A stretch of DNA of 44,878 nt from a virus. Taxonomy: Duplodnaviria; Heunggongvirae; Uroviricota; Caudoviricetes. Of this stretch, positions 44,678 to 44,878 are shown one piece after another. The stretch covers positions 1 through 44,878 of IMG/VR virus record IMGVR_UViG_2563366802_000013. One strand, 5' to 3'. Numbering within the stretch: the first letter of the stretch is position 1; each line of letters opens with the position of its first letter. The position numbers and the translations under genes are program-made. Under the pieces are notes generated by a model, which saw only the letters and a program-made list of their open reading frames with translations, did not search any database and was not told where the DNA came from.

Positions 44678-44878
44678 ATGCAACACCAATTACAACCCGA
44701 CTCATTGGTTGATCTGAAATTCATCATGGCAGATACTGGTTTCGGAAAGACCTTCATCTATGACCGCATCAAAGACGGCATCCTGCCAAAAAGCAGACTC
44801 ATCCACGGTCGAGCTCGCTGGTTATATAGTGAGCATTGCGCATTCAAAGAAAAGCTCCTGAACCGCAACGATGGGTAA
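44678..44878 (+). CDS. AlpA/Xis-like excisionase or transcriptional regulator
   Basis: 66 aa from ATG about 44678 with GGAG SD; sequence ...KTFIYDRIKDGILPKSRLIHGRARWLYSEH... matches the AlpA family HTH; stop is the last base of the window and int starts at base 1. Confidence 0.7.
   Translation: MQHQLQPDSLVDLKFIMADTGFGKTFIYDRIKDGILPKSRLIHGRARWLYSEHCAFKEKLLNRNDG

Noticed and set aside
1-44878. Insertion sequences or transposase genes
   Set aside because: No transposase-like ORF or terminal inverted repeats flanking any cargo gene were seen; the mobile-like elements present are HNH homing endonucleases only.

Overview
The window reads as a complete or near-complete temperate lambdoid siphovirus genome (about 44.9 kb) from an enterobacterial host. 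It starts exactly at the integrase ATG and ends exactly at the stop of an AlpA/Xis-like gene, so it looks like a circular genome linearised at int. All calls are from reading the ORF translations and DNA motifs by eye; no searches were run, and start codons and motif coordinates are approximate (about +/-3 nt). Plus strand: integrase, an AT-rich OafA-like acyltransferase moron, CI repressor, a secreted moron in the rex position, then a pL-driven early-left operon (small Zn-ribbon ORFs, Lar-like protein, a 322-aa coiled-coil protein, Gam/Bet/Exo, TraR-like protein, Xis). Minus strand: Cro/YdaS-like, YdaT-like, O-like initiator with internal iterons, DnaB helicase, a nin-like region (Ead/Ea22, DUF551, NinB, HNH, RusA), Q antiterminator, lysis cassette (two holin-like proteins, lysozyme, Rz with embedded Rz1), Rha, an HExxH protein, TerS/TerL, portal, head genes, tail genes with tape measure, J-like tip and an SGNH-esterase tailspike. 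The most unusual items are (i) a LexA-box-controlled two-gene module encoding a pre-truncated UmuD'-like protein with no umuC, (ii) two promoter-gene-terminator morons (a secreted protein after cI and a lipoprotein inside the tail operon), (iii) an acetyltransferase next to an esterase tailspike, (iv) a roughly 0.9 kb ORF-poor pL leader with no N-like gene, and (v) a Lar-like/Gam anti-restriction cluster with an unusual coiled-coil protein.
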